The notes under the pieces were generated by a model. It searched no databases. It was not told where the DNA came from and was given only the letters and a program-made list of their open reading frames with translations. Shown in pieces: positions 9,142 through 18,123 of a stretch of DNA of 24,486 nt. Origin of the DNA: Verrucomicrobiota bacterium (lineage in GTDB: Bacteria; Verrucomicrobiota; Verrucomicrobiia; Verrucomicrobiales; DEV007); NCBI GenBank assembly GCA_045046875.1, contig JASFYY010000108.1:1-24486 (forward strand). Reading direction: 5' to 3'. Both the position numbers and the translations under genes were made by a program. The number at the start of each line of letters is the position of its first letter. Position 1 is the first letter of the stretch.

Positions 9142-11664
9142 TTAATGCTGAAACAAAAATTCCCGACTGGTCATCAGTGCCCAGAACAAATCCTCCACGG
9201 CTTCCTTTTTTTCTCCATTTTTGCTTTTTGATAACACCCTGATGAAATCATCCGTCTCCCGTTTGTCCGGCAAACGCGACAAACATCGCAAGTAGGCTTC
9301 CTCCACCAGCTGCGCATCACTTAATTTTTTCTTCAACAAACGCTCCACCACACTGCTTTTGTCGCTCAACTTGTCATTAATGGTATTTCCGTTTGATACA
9401 TGCAGCACCTGAATCAGACTCGGTTGATTCGAACGTTCACACTCACAAGCCAGCTCCCGTTCATTGCGGCCAAAGGTTTTCAGAAAATACGAATCCACTG
9501 CCGAGTCATAAAGCTCCAAGGCCCGGGTTCCCTTGGGATAAAAATCCGTCTTCTGAGTGCTGCCATCGCGTAAAGCGATGGCAGTAAAATCACTCGGCAC
9601 CTCGGTCACTGTCACCACCGCGTCGTGCAGCACCTCCGCCATCAGGCGGCGTGGGTATTGACGCGAAAAAAACCGATCTTCGTCCCGGTTTTCATACAAA
9701 GCCACGCTGCTGCGCTGATAGGTCTCGCTCTGCAATATCAAACGCATCAGGGATTTCTGATCAAACTTCTGTTCCACCAAATAAGCCGCACTTGCCGCCA
9801 GCAAATCCTCGTTACTGGCAGGATTGGAAGACCTCAAATCGTCCACCGGATCGACCAAGCCCCGGCCAAAATAATTCGCCCAAATGCGATTGGTGATCGA
9901 ACGACTGAAATGAGTATTATCCGGCGAGGTCAGCCACTTGGCCAGATGCACCCGCCGATCCCCCGGCTCGTTCTGATCCAAAGGTGGCGCATCCAAAGCG
10001 GCGGCAGGTTGAGGTTTTCCGGTACGCGGTTGAATCAAATCCCCTCTCGGCTCGACGTAGATCGTGCGTTTGCCGTCTCCATTGCGCGCGTCCCCGCCCC
10101 AGCCTTTGGCCCGCACCCGGGCAAACATATTGGCAAAAGCGTAATATTGATCATTGGTCCACTTATCCATTGGATGATCGTGACACTTGGCACAAGCCAG
10201 CGACAAACTCATGAAAGCCTGTGACACATTCTCTGCCATGGTCTCTGGATCCTGATGCACTCCAAAAAAGTTGGTCGCCCCGTTCACATCATTTTCTCCC
10301 TTGGCAGTGATCACTTCACGCACAATCTGATCCCAAGGCATATTTTTCGCCACCCGCTCCCTTATCCATTTATAATAAGCCTTAACTGACTCCGGACGCA
10401 AGCGACGCCCGTTCACCAACAACATATCCGACCAACGATAAGCCCAATAATCAACCGTTTCTTTGCGCGCCAGCAGTTGATCAATCAAACGATCCCTTTT
10501 GTCCGCCGACTTGTCAGCGAGAAAGTCCCGGGTTTCATCCGGAGTCGGTAGAATACCTGCGGTATCAATGAACACCCGACGAATGAATTCCGCATCTGTC
10601 GAACGTGGAGAGGGTTTCAACCGCAAACGTTGCAATTGCTCCAGTACCAGGTCGTCGATAAAATTCCGGCGCGAAGCCTGGGTAAACACCTCGTCCGGAA
10701 TGTCGTTGGGGAAAGGCGATGAAAAACGTGCCAATACAATCTGACTCGAAAACCAAGCCGTCACCGCTCCCTCTCCATTGCCAACGATAGTGACCCGACC
10801 ATTTTCGTCGGTCGTCGCCACCGCTTCATTTGATGAAGTGAATTTCGCCCACTCAGTCACATCCTCTTGACGCCCATCACTGTATTTCGCCCTGACCAGG
10901 ATATTCTGAAAATCCCCCACTTTCAAAGTTGATAACTCAGGAAATATCTCCAAACCCAGCAAACGCGCGTCATCCTTCTCAGGCGCTTTCGCTCCAGCAG
11001 CGATCCATTCGGAAATCACTCGATAATCCCGCGAACCCTCCTTGATATATTTCCCTCCAGTATGTTTTAAAGCCGTAGTTGACTTGGTCAACAACAAGCT
11101 GCGCCCCGGATCGCTCAGCTCGATGCGTCGCCCCAGCGCCTCCTTGGTGATACGGTTAAAATCCGTCTCAGGATCATAACCGCGCAAACTCAGTCGGAAT
11201 CCGCCCTTACCAGCGATCGCTCCGTGGCAAGCTCCCATATTACAACCCTGTCTGGATAAAACCGGAATGACATGGGTGCGGAAACTCCACTCACTGGCTT
11301 GCTCCATCCCCTTCACTTCGATTTCAGCAGTCGCCGAACGGCCGTCCGCCGCTGTCACTGTGATCGTGGTTTTGCCATTTTTTTCAGGCCGCACCACACC
11401 ACCATCCACCACCGCCACCTGCTTGTTGGAGGATGAATAACTTACCTGCCGCGCCTCGCCCATCAATTGATCCCCTAGACGATGCAAAACAATCAATCGT
11501 TGGGATGACTCCACCCCGCTAAGCACACTGCTTGCCGGCAACGTCACGATTCCATCGGCTTGTTGGTCGCCCCCCCTTGCCCACAACGGCATGATAATCA
11601 AAACACACAGCCCCAGCACAAACCCGCTCGACCAAGTTCTCTTCCTCTTGTTAAAATCACTCAT
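9142..11664 (-). CDS. DUF1549/DUF1553 (PSCyt2/PSD1) protein with Big_2-like Ig domains
   Basis: Signal peptide, two SSN..VA.V Ig repeats, CNMGACHG, NFIDDLV, FIRRVFID, CAKCHDHP, NRIWANYFGRGLVDPVDD, CECER and EDLFWALMTSREFLFQH. Confidence 0.93.
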   Translation of the reverse strand: MSDFNKRKRTWSSGFVLGLCVLIIMPLWARGGDQQADGIVTLPASSVLSGVESSQRLIVLHRLGDQLMGEARQVSYSSSNKQVAVVDGGVVRPEKNGKTTITVTAADGRSATAEIEVKGMEQASEWSFRTHVIPVLSRQGCNMGACHGAIAGKGGFRLSLRGYDPETDFNRITKEALGRRIELSDPGRSLLLTKSTTALKHTGGKYIKEGSRDYRVISEWIAAGAKAPEKDDARLLGLEIFPELSTLKVGDFQNILVRAKYSDGRQEDVTEWAKFTSSNEAVATTDENGRVTIVGNGEGAVTAWFSSQIVLARFSSPFPNDIPDEVFTQASRRNFIDDLVLEQLQRLRLKPSPRSTDAEFIRRVFIDTAGILPTPDETRDFLADKSADKRDRLIDQLLARKETVDYWAYRWSDMLLVNGRRLRPESVKAYYKWIRERVAKNMPWDQIVREVITAKGENDVNGATNFFGVHQDPETMAENVSQAFMSLSLACAKCHDHPMDKWTNDQYYAFANMFARVRAKGWGGDARNGDGKRTIYVEPRGDLIQPRTGKPQPAAALDAPPLDQNEPGDRRVHLAKWLTSPDNTHFSRSITNRIWANYFGRGLVDPVDDLRSSNPASNEDLLAASAAYLVEQKFDQKSLMRLILQSETYQRSSVALYENRDEDRFFSRQYPRRLMAEVLHDAVVTVTEVPSDFTAIALRDGSTQKTDFYPKGTRALELYDSAVDSYFLKTFGRNERELACECERSNQPSLIQVLHVSNGNTINDKLSDKSSVVERLLKKKLSDAQLVEEAYLRCLSRLPDKRETDDFIRVLSKSKNGEKKEAVEDLFWALMTSREFLFQH

Positions 11665-11682
11665 CCTGATAAATTTTAAAAC

Positions 11683-13065
11683 TCAAACAAACAGTTCGCG
11701 AATGGGCTCTTTACCAAAATCCACCAAGGGAAAAGGACGCCCCGCCGGACCTGGCAGATGACTTTCATGGTTAAGCCCCAGGCCTTTGAAAATAGTCGCC
11801 ACAATATCACCCGGATCCACCGGACGCTCGGCCGGGTAACCCCCCATCGGATCACTCGCCCCCACCACTCGGCCGCCCTGCACCCCACCGCCGGCAAAAG
11901 AAACCGTGAAACACTGCGGCCAATGGTCACGCCCACCCGCCGGATTGACCTTCGGCGTACGGCCAAACTCCGCCAGACCTGCCACCATCGTATCGTCGAG
12001 CATGCCACGCTGGAAAAGATCTTCGATCAGCGCCGAATAGGCCTTGTCATACATCGGCGCGATCATGTCCTTCATCTGCGCCACCGATACAAAAGGCTTC
12101 GAGCCATGAATGTCCCACGACAGTTCATTAAACACCGTCAGGAAGGTATTCACCGTCACAAAACGCACCCCGCTCTCCACCAATCTGCGTGCCAGTAAAA
12201 AACACTGCCCCACCCGGTTCATGCCATAACGCTCACGAACCTTTTCCGGTTCCTTGGACAAATCAAAAGCACTGCGCGCTTCCACGCTGGTCATAATACG
12301 ATAGGCCGACTGGAAATTTTCATCCATCAAACGGGCGTCCTCGCTGGACTCAAAATTTTTCACCGTTTGATCCACAATCTCCCTCATGCTGCGGCGACGC
12401 TCCAGGCGACTGGCTCCAAATTGATCGGGCGGCAATAGATCCGGCACCTTGAAATCGGGTTTCGACGGATCCGCCATCAAGGCAAAAGGATCATGGGCTT
12501 TACCTAAAAATCCCCCCGCCTGGCCATTGGGCAAATTACCTCCACCACGTCCCATCAATTCCGGCAATACCACAAAAGGAGGCAGGTCCGTTTTGCGTCC
12601 GCGCAGATAACTCATCACCGCACCCATGTGGGGAGTTTCCACCCCACCGGTGAAACGCCGTCCGGTCTGCATCATCTGCCAACCCGCATCGTGAACCGCT
12701 GCACCACTGTGCTGGCAAGAACGCACCAATGAAAATTTATCCGCCACCTTGGCGTGCAAAGGCAGGATCTCCGAAATATCAATATCATCCGACTTGGTTC
12801 GAATCGGCTTGAAAGGTCCGCGAATCTCGCTCGGCGCATCCGGTTTCATATCCCACAGATCCAATTGACTGGGACCACCCAGGTTAAAAATCAGAATGCA
12901 GGCCTTGTTGTCATTGCCCTTTTTCACCCCGCCGGCCTGCTTGGCCGCCAAATATTGGGGCAGTGACAAACCAATCGCACCCAGCGCGCCTATTTGTAAA
13001 AACTCACGACGCGAACGGCCGGGGCCACAAATCGGGGCTTTGCCTTCAGCAAGGAAATCAAACAT
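11683..13065 (-). CDS. DUF1501 family protein with Tat signal
   Basis: SRREFLQIG twin-arginine signal, GGPSQLDLWDMKP, LLARRLVESGVRFV, WDIH, EFGRTPKVN and GRDHWP. Confidence 0.95.
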   Translation of the reverse strand: MFDFLAEGKAPICGPGRSRREFLQIGALGAIGLSLPQYLAAKQAGGVKKGNDNKACILIFNLGGPSQLDLWDMKPDAPSEIRGPFKPIRTKSDDIDISEILPLHAKVADKFSLVRSCQHSGAAVHDAGWQMMQTGRRFTGGVETPHMGAVMSYLRGRKTDLPPFVVLPELMGRGGGNLPNGQAGGFLGKAHDPFALMADPSKPDFKVPDLLPPDQFGASRLERRRSMREIVDQTVKNFESSEDARLMDENFQSAYRIMTSVEARSAFDLSKEPEKVRERYGMNRVGQCFLLARRLVESGVRFVTVNTFLTVFNELSWDIHGSKPFVSVAQMKDMIAPMYDKAYSALIEDLFQRGMLDDTMVAGLAEFGRTPKVNPAGGRDHWPQCFTVSFAGGGVQGGRVVGASDPMGGYPAERPVDPGDIVATIFKGLGLNHESHLPGPAGRPFPLVDFGKEPIRELFV

Positions 13066-13267
13066 AATCGTATAGGGGGCTAGAACTGGAATCCGAGCTT
13101 TGGGAAAATTTCACTCCTCCTCATCACTCTCGCGGTATTATTAACAGGCCGATCCCCTGACGCCACAATAGCAATAATGCCCTTATTCAGTAGCATTATT
13201 ACCCGCAGCAGCAATCAAAGCAGGAAATTGACGTGATTAAGTTGCCTCTGCCAAGCTTCAGGGTCTT

Positions 13268-13283
13268 GTAAACAGTCGTTTAC
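13268..13283. promoter_or_regulatory. Palindromic candidate operator GTAAAC-N4-GTTTAC
   Basis: Perfect 6-bp inverted repeat in the intergenic region upstream of the DUF1501 operon. Confidence 0.35.
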
Positions 13284-13315
13284 TTTTGGTATGATTTGCG
13301 CATGTAACCCAGGCT

Positions 13316-14122
13316 CTATTGTGAGCTGATAAATGCCTCCAAACCTTCCCGGGTGATCCGGTAACGCGCCCCGCAGCGTGGACAACTGGCATTAGCCGTC
13401 TCTTCACCGGCGAACACATCGGTCAAAGCCTCTTCGGACATACTCGCGATGATAGGATAAATTCGATCCAAGCTGCAGCCACAACCGTAGTGATAAACCC
13501 GGGTTTCCAACAAACTCAAGTCTTCATCCTGGTCGATGGTTTTGAGCTTTTCATCATCCAGATTCACAAACCATTCCAGATCACAATCCGGTTGAGCCGT
13601 AACCATCACGATGTCTTCCGCTTCCACATGGAAATAGGCTGCCGGCCGCTGCTCACTTTGTGAGTAATAACTCTCCACCGCGTTAAATACATCGTAATCC
13701 TCAAATGCCACGGTACTCTGTCGCGTCGACTCCTCCTCCCTCAGCACCTGGCAATAAAACATATTACTTCCTCCCACCTTGACATCCTCGGACGAAAGTC
13801 GGGCGATCACGTTACCCGACTTGCTGCTGCCCACCGCAAAGATATTAACCGCCGGCTCCTTGAAATTCATCGTCCACGCGGTGGTTTCATTTCTCGGACG
13901 GGATGCCAGATGCAGAGTGATCGCCGCCAGAGCATCCTTGAGCAATTGATCATTCTCCGGGTTATGACGAATCTCATTTTCCATCAAATGTAGATAGTGA
14001 TCGGTAAACAATTCGGAAAACTCCGCCCGGCAAAGCAGCGCATTGCGCTCTCTTACAAAATAACAGCGCACTTCAATAGCTGCACTGTCAACAGCAGGAT
14101 CGGAATCAGGTAAAGAACTCAT
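13316..14122 (-). CDS. hslO: Hsp33 family redox-regulated chaperone
   Basis: YYSQSEQRP motif plus the C-terminal zinc centre CGC...CPRCG..Y. Confidence 0.9.
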   Translation of the reverse strand: MSSLPDSDPAVDSAAIEVRCYFVRERNALLCRAEFSELFTDHYLHLMENEIRHNPENDQLLKDALAAITLHLASRPRNETTAWTMNFKEPAVNIFAVGSSKSGNVIARLSSEDVKVGGSNMFYCQVLREEESTRQSTVAFEDYDVFNAVESYYSQSEQRPAAYFHVEAEDIVMVTAQPDCDLEWFVNLDDEKLKTIDQDEDLSLLETRVYHYGCGCSLDRIYPIIASMSEEALTDVFAGEETANASCPRCGARYRITREGLEAFISSQ

Positions 14123-14235
14123 GATATTTCATCGTTACAGAATTTTTCATACTACACGACAAAAAAATTATAACCTGTGTTTCAGACAAATAAACCCTGT
14201 TAGAAAAAAATAATCCAAGCCTTAAAATAATGCAA

Positions 14236-14265
14236 ATCAGTGATTATCAGTGCCCATCAGTGGTT
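14236..14265 (+). repeat. Intergenic ATCAGTG triple repeat with 10-bp period, copy 1
   Basis: ATCAGTGatt ATCAGTGccc ATCAGTGgtt. A related copy lies at 24294-24322. Confidence 0.8.
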
Positions 14266-14379
14266 CTATTCTTCGACTAAAAAATATCGCGTCTTCCAAG
14301 GATCCTTATAGAGCCGCAATGTTCAAAAAAGCAGATTCTCACTGTATCGAATCCAAAACTGTGTTTCTATTCATGACTC

Positions 14380-15357
14380 ATGAACGATCAATGGCCTGTA
14401 ACTCTTGACGATCTGGAAACCGCCGCCCAAGTGATCCAGCGCACCCTGCCCACCACCACCTCCGCTATTTCATGGCCACTGTTGAGTCAACGCTGCGATT
14501 GCGAGGTCTGGGTGAAACACGAAAACCACCTGCCCACCGGCGCTTTCAAAGTTCGCGGAGGCCTGGTATATATGGACTGGCTGAGCTCTGCCCATCCCGA
14601 AGTGAAGGGCGTGATCGCCGCCACTCGTGGCAACCACGGGCAAAGTGTGGCTTTTGCCGCCGCCGCCAAAGGTTTGAACGCAAGCGTCGTCGTACCGCAT
14701 GGCAACAGCGTTGAAAAAAATCGCGCAATGCAAGCCTACGGCGCTGAACTTATCGAACACGGTCACGACTTTGCCGAAGCTTTCGACCACGCACAAAAAA
14801 TCGCAGTAGAAAAAAACCTCCACTTCATGCCCTCCTTTGACTGGAAACTGGTGCACGGCGTCGGCACCGCCGGACTCGAATTTTTACGCGCGATCGAACA
14901 CCTTGATACCATCTACGTTCCCATCGGTTTAGGATCAGGCATCTGCGGCATGATCGCTGCCCGTAAGGCTCTCGGTCTGGAGGAAAAAACAGAAATCGTA
15001 GGAGTCGTTGCCGCCCAAGCCAATGCCTACTCCCAATCATTCGCCGCAGGTCAGCCTGTCGAAACTGATTCCGCCCATACCCTCGCCGATGGTGTATCCT
15101 GCCGCATCCCCGATGCCCGGTCTGTCGAAGTGATCAATGCCCACGTATCGCGCATCGTCGAAGTGTCAGAAGAAGAAATTAAATCCGCCATGTGTCACTA
15201 TTTCACCGACAGCCATCAAGTCGCCGAAGGCGCCGCTGCCCTACCCCTGGCTGCCCTGATAAAAGAAAAAAAACAAAGCTCAGGCAAGCGCATTGGTCTC
15301 ATCCTCTCCGGCGGCAATGTGGACGCAAGCACCTACCAACCCCTCATCAATTTGTAG
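14380..15357 (+). CDS. PLP-dependent threonine/serine dehydratase-like protein (short form, no ACT domain)
   Basis: KHENHLPTGAFKVRGG with the PLP lysine, ATRGNHGQS, VPIGLGSG, AEGAAA and LSGGN. Confidence 0.92.
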   Translation: MNDQWPVTLDDLETAAQVIQRTLPTTTSAISWPLLSQRCDCEVWVKHENHLPTGAFKVRGGLVYMDWLSSAHPEVKGVIAATRGNHGQSVAFAAAAKGLNASVVVPHGNSVEKNRAMQAYGAELIEHGHDFAEAFDHAQKIAVEKNLHFMPSFDWKLVHGVGTAGLEFLRAIEHLDTIYVPIGLGSGICGMIAARKALGLEEKTEIVGVVAAQANAYSQSFAAGQPVETDSAHTLADGVSCRIPDARSVEVINAHVSRIVEVSEEEIKSAMCHYFTDSHQVAEGAAALPLAALIKEKKQSSGKRIGLILSGGNVDASTYQPLINL

Positions 15358-15376
15358 GGCGGCCGCCCCGGTTGCC
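15354..15376 (+). repeat. GTAG-type REP-like palindrome, copy 2
   Basis: GTAGGGCGGCCGCCCCGGTTGCC. Its TAG (15355-15357) is the dehydratase stop codon. Confidence 0.75.
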
Positions 15377-15436
15377 CGCTAAGATAAGCCTGATTTTCAA
15401 CTTGAATAAACGCTCACAACACTCCTTCCCGTTTCA

Positions 15437-17911
15437 CTACGGGATTTCGACCGCTTTTTGATAGACATCTTTTTTCAGTGGGTCGACCCATTGCTCTAGT
15501 TTTTCCCAACGGAAAAAAGAAGCACCCTGTGCATTCAATTCTCTAAGGACCCTCACCTGATCAATCAACTCGGCACTACTATTAAGTGTTCCGTGCGAAG
15601 TAATGACTCCGATAGTCGGCAAACAGGGCGCATTCGGATTGGCATTGCGGGAAATGTCGATCTGCCGTTTGCTCCATGATTTGAACCGCAACATATCGTA
15701 GATGTAGGCAGTAGGAAGCACCCAGTCGAGGTCTCCGCTTTTCAACCACGCCGGGAAATTTTGGTGAAGGTCTTCCCATTGGCTTTTGCCCGAATACTTA
15801 TACCCCTGAACATAAGCGGATATTATAATATCGGGATTGACCTTAGACAAAGCGTCGTGAATCATCGCGACAAGCTCGTCCAGTTGGGCACTCTGCCATT
15901 GATACCATTCGATGTAATCGGCGCTACCGCGCTTGAAAATTCGCGGGTCTTTTCCTGTCATTTTTTTATAAATGCCCGCACCCGCATCACTGGGTCCAGT
16001 GGCTAAACGACAGTAATCCAGACAAATCCCGTCCAGCTGGTATTTCTGTGCGAGCAAGGTGAAATCCTTCACCCGGTAGGCACGGGCTTCCGGAACAGCC
16101 GGGTCGAGCCAGCCTTGTTTTTTTCCATCACCCGAGCGCATCGCCCATTCGGGATGATCGATCAGGATGCCTTTCAGCGTTTCGACTCCTTCAGGGAGAA
16201 CAACGACAAGCGGGTGCAATTGCAAACCGGCTTCCGTGCATTCTTTCCGGAAAACGGCCAGAGGATCGTATTTCATAAAATACCGCTGAAAATAATCATT
16301 CTCCAAATCACAATAAGCCGAACCACGATTCCCCATGGCAAAAGGGGAAACGATATTAAAATGATTCGCTTTCGACTTGGCGATGATCTCATGAATTTGC
16401 TTTTTGCCCTCCACCGGATCGGTCGAAAGAACCACATGAGGCTGCAACATAATCATACGCCCTTCTTTGGCAGGGCCCACCGGTTCAGGTGAGGGCTTGT
16501 CCAAAATGAAAGGCTGGTGAGTTTCGATGGCGGCAAAATCAGCAGAGACTTTTCGAGTCGAAATAACTCCGCCTTTCGAGGCGGAAACAAGCAGCTCGAT
16601 CTTTAGTTTTTCCGGCGGCTTGCTGCTGGAAAACTTACCGACAAACCAGCCGGTCGGGATATCGTATTCCGCGAAACGTAGCTCCGGATTTTTGATTTCG
16701 ACGCCATCCACTTTCGCACTCACAGAGGTCACTTTATTGACATCAAAAACATCGCCGTCACCATCTTTGATGATCACTTTGAAAGCGAAACTCCCGCCGG
16801 ATTTCCAATCTGCTTGAAAATGCGCAAGCGACAACGAATACTCACTCAGATTCGCGATAGTGTAAAGCGAGTCCCGGTTACTGACAGAAAGCCTGCTTTG
16901 CCGTTTCCCAAAAACACTCGCCTCGGGGTGCACCAGGGCGTTGACACTTTTTGTTTGGCCAATCACCTTGCCATTTTGATCGTAAATACAGAAATAATGA
17001 TGCCCTCGAACGCAATTTTCGCCTTTGCTGACAGGGTCAAAATAACGACTGAACCTTTTTTGAAAAGGCATCTTTGCCGTCTTTGCTCCGGCTGATGTCA
17101 GATCCAGTTTCTCATCCGACCAGACCAGGCTGGTAGTGAGCTTTTTCAAATGGACCGTGTACCAATAACTCGAGTAATAATTCGAACTCAGATAACACTC
17201 TCCCGGTTTCACCACCTTGTATTCACAGCTCAACAAAAGGTTCTCGATCGAATCCGGCCCCGTATAATGCACCAGATCAGAGTCCGCTCCGAAATGAACC
17301 ATATCGACCACCGCGTTGATTTTTTTCTCAGGGACTTTGACCCGAATCCGCCAAACATTAGACGGTGATGCTTCGATGAAATCCTCAAAACCATCTGCAG
17401 CGAGAGCTTTGGTGAAATCGGAAAATACAATATCATCAAAGTAGCTTTTCCCCGCAACCTCATACCCGCCGGCTGCGAGTCTGACAAAAAACACGTTTAC
17501 CGGAATAGTGACCTTGCGTTTGAACTCAAGCCAACCGTGATTCCCTCCCGCGTAAATACCATGTGAAACGTTTAGATATTCCCCGTTACTGTCTAGATAC
17601 TGAAGCATAATCCGCGTACCAGAATCTGTTGCGGTATTTGATTTCACCCAAGCGCTGAGCTGGTAATCTTTTCCCGCAATTACAGGAATTTTTCCTTCCC
17701 GGAGAAAGATCAGCTTGCTCTTATTATCATTCACCGAAGTTTCCAGAGCATATTTACCCGAGTATTTCTCGGCACTTTGAATTTCACCTCGAACGTCGCC
17801 CGCCTTCCAATTAGTCTTCCAATTCTCTGATTGGCCCGCAGCAAAGGATGGAGCTACCGACAGGACTGTCATGGCAAAAAACAAATACAGGGTTTTGGTG
17901 AATGAACGCAT
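15437..17911 (-). CDS. Secreted multidomain glycoside hydrolase, GHL10/DUF187-like, with an N-terminal CBM4/9-like domain
   Basis: Signal peptide from ATG 17911 with upstream GAAGGA. CBM-like GKDYQLSAWVKS...YFDDIVF. C-terminal barrel YDPLAVF..LQLHP..HPEW..WLDPAVPEAR..YQLDGICLDY..QNFPAWLKSGDLDWVLPTAY. Confidence 0.8.
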   Translation of the reverse strand: MRSFTKTLYLFFAMTVLSVAPSFAAGQSENWKTNWKAGDVRGEIQSAEKYSGKYALETSVNDNKSKLIFLREGKIPVIAGKDYQLSAWVKSNTATDSGTRIMLQYLDSNGEYLNVSHGIYAGGNHGWLEFKRKVTIPVNVFFVRLAAGGYEVAGKSYFDDIVFSDFTKALAADGFEDFIEASPSNVWRIRVKVPEKKINAVVDMVHFGADSDLVHYTGPDSIENLLLSCEYKVVKPGECYLSSNYYSSYWYTVHLKKLTTSLVWSDEKLDLTSAGAKTAKMPFQKRFSRYFDPVSKGENCVRGHHYFCIYDQNGKVIGQTKSVNALVHPEASVFGKRQSRLSVSNRDSLYTIANLSEYSLSLAHFQADWKSGGSFAFKVIIKDGDGDVFDVNKVTSVSAKVDGVEIKNPELRFAEYDIPTGWFVGKFSSSKPPEKLKIELLVSASKGGVISTRKVSADFAAIETHQPFILDKPSPEPVGPAKEGRMIMLQPHVVLSTDPVEGKKQIHEIIAKSKANHFNIVSPFAMGNRGSAYCDLENDYFQRYFMKYDPLAVFRKECTEAGLQLHPLVVVLPEGVETLKGILIDHPEWAMRSGDGKKQGWLDPAVPEARAYRVKDFTLLAQKYQLDGICLDYCRLATGPSDAGAGIYKKMTGKDPRIFKRGSADYIEWYQWQSAQLDELVAMIHDALSKVNPDIIISAYVQGYKYSGKSQWEDLHQNFPAWLKSGDLDWVLPTAYIYDMLRFKSWSKRQIDISRNANPNAPCLPTIGVITSHGTLNSSAELIDQVRVLRELNAQGASFFRWEKLEQWVDPLKKDVYQKAVEIP

Positions 17912-18123
17912 AAACAGGTATCCTTCGTATAATGATTCTCCCCGTTCTGTACCCCCCAATACGTGTCCGGGCAAGCTATTGACAAAATCTAATAGCATGA
18001 GATCGCTTGAGTTAACTCTAGCTGTTCGGACATCAATCCGCCAAGAGCTAGGATGACATACTAGACCTCTCAAAAACTTTCATCGCCCCACAGCGTTACC
18101 CCTCAGTTCGCTCGCTCCAGAAA

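Noticed and set aside
9625..10224. 199-aa plus-strand ORF and other short antisense ORFs in the track
   Set aside because: They are antisense shadows of well-supported genes and have no recognisable motifs.
14236..14265. CRISPR array or iterons
   Set aside because: The units are only 7 bp with 3-bp spacers, and there are no cas or rep genes.
17912..18073. N-terminal extension of the glycoside hydrolase ORF
   Set aside because: The signal peptide and Shine-Dalgarno-like sequence point to ATG 17911.
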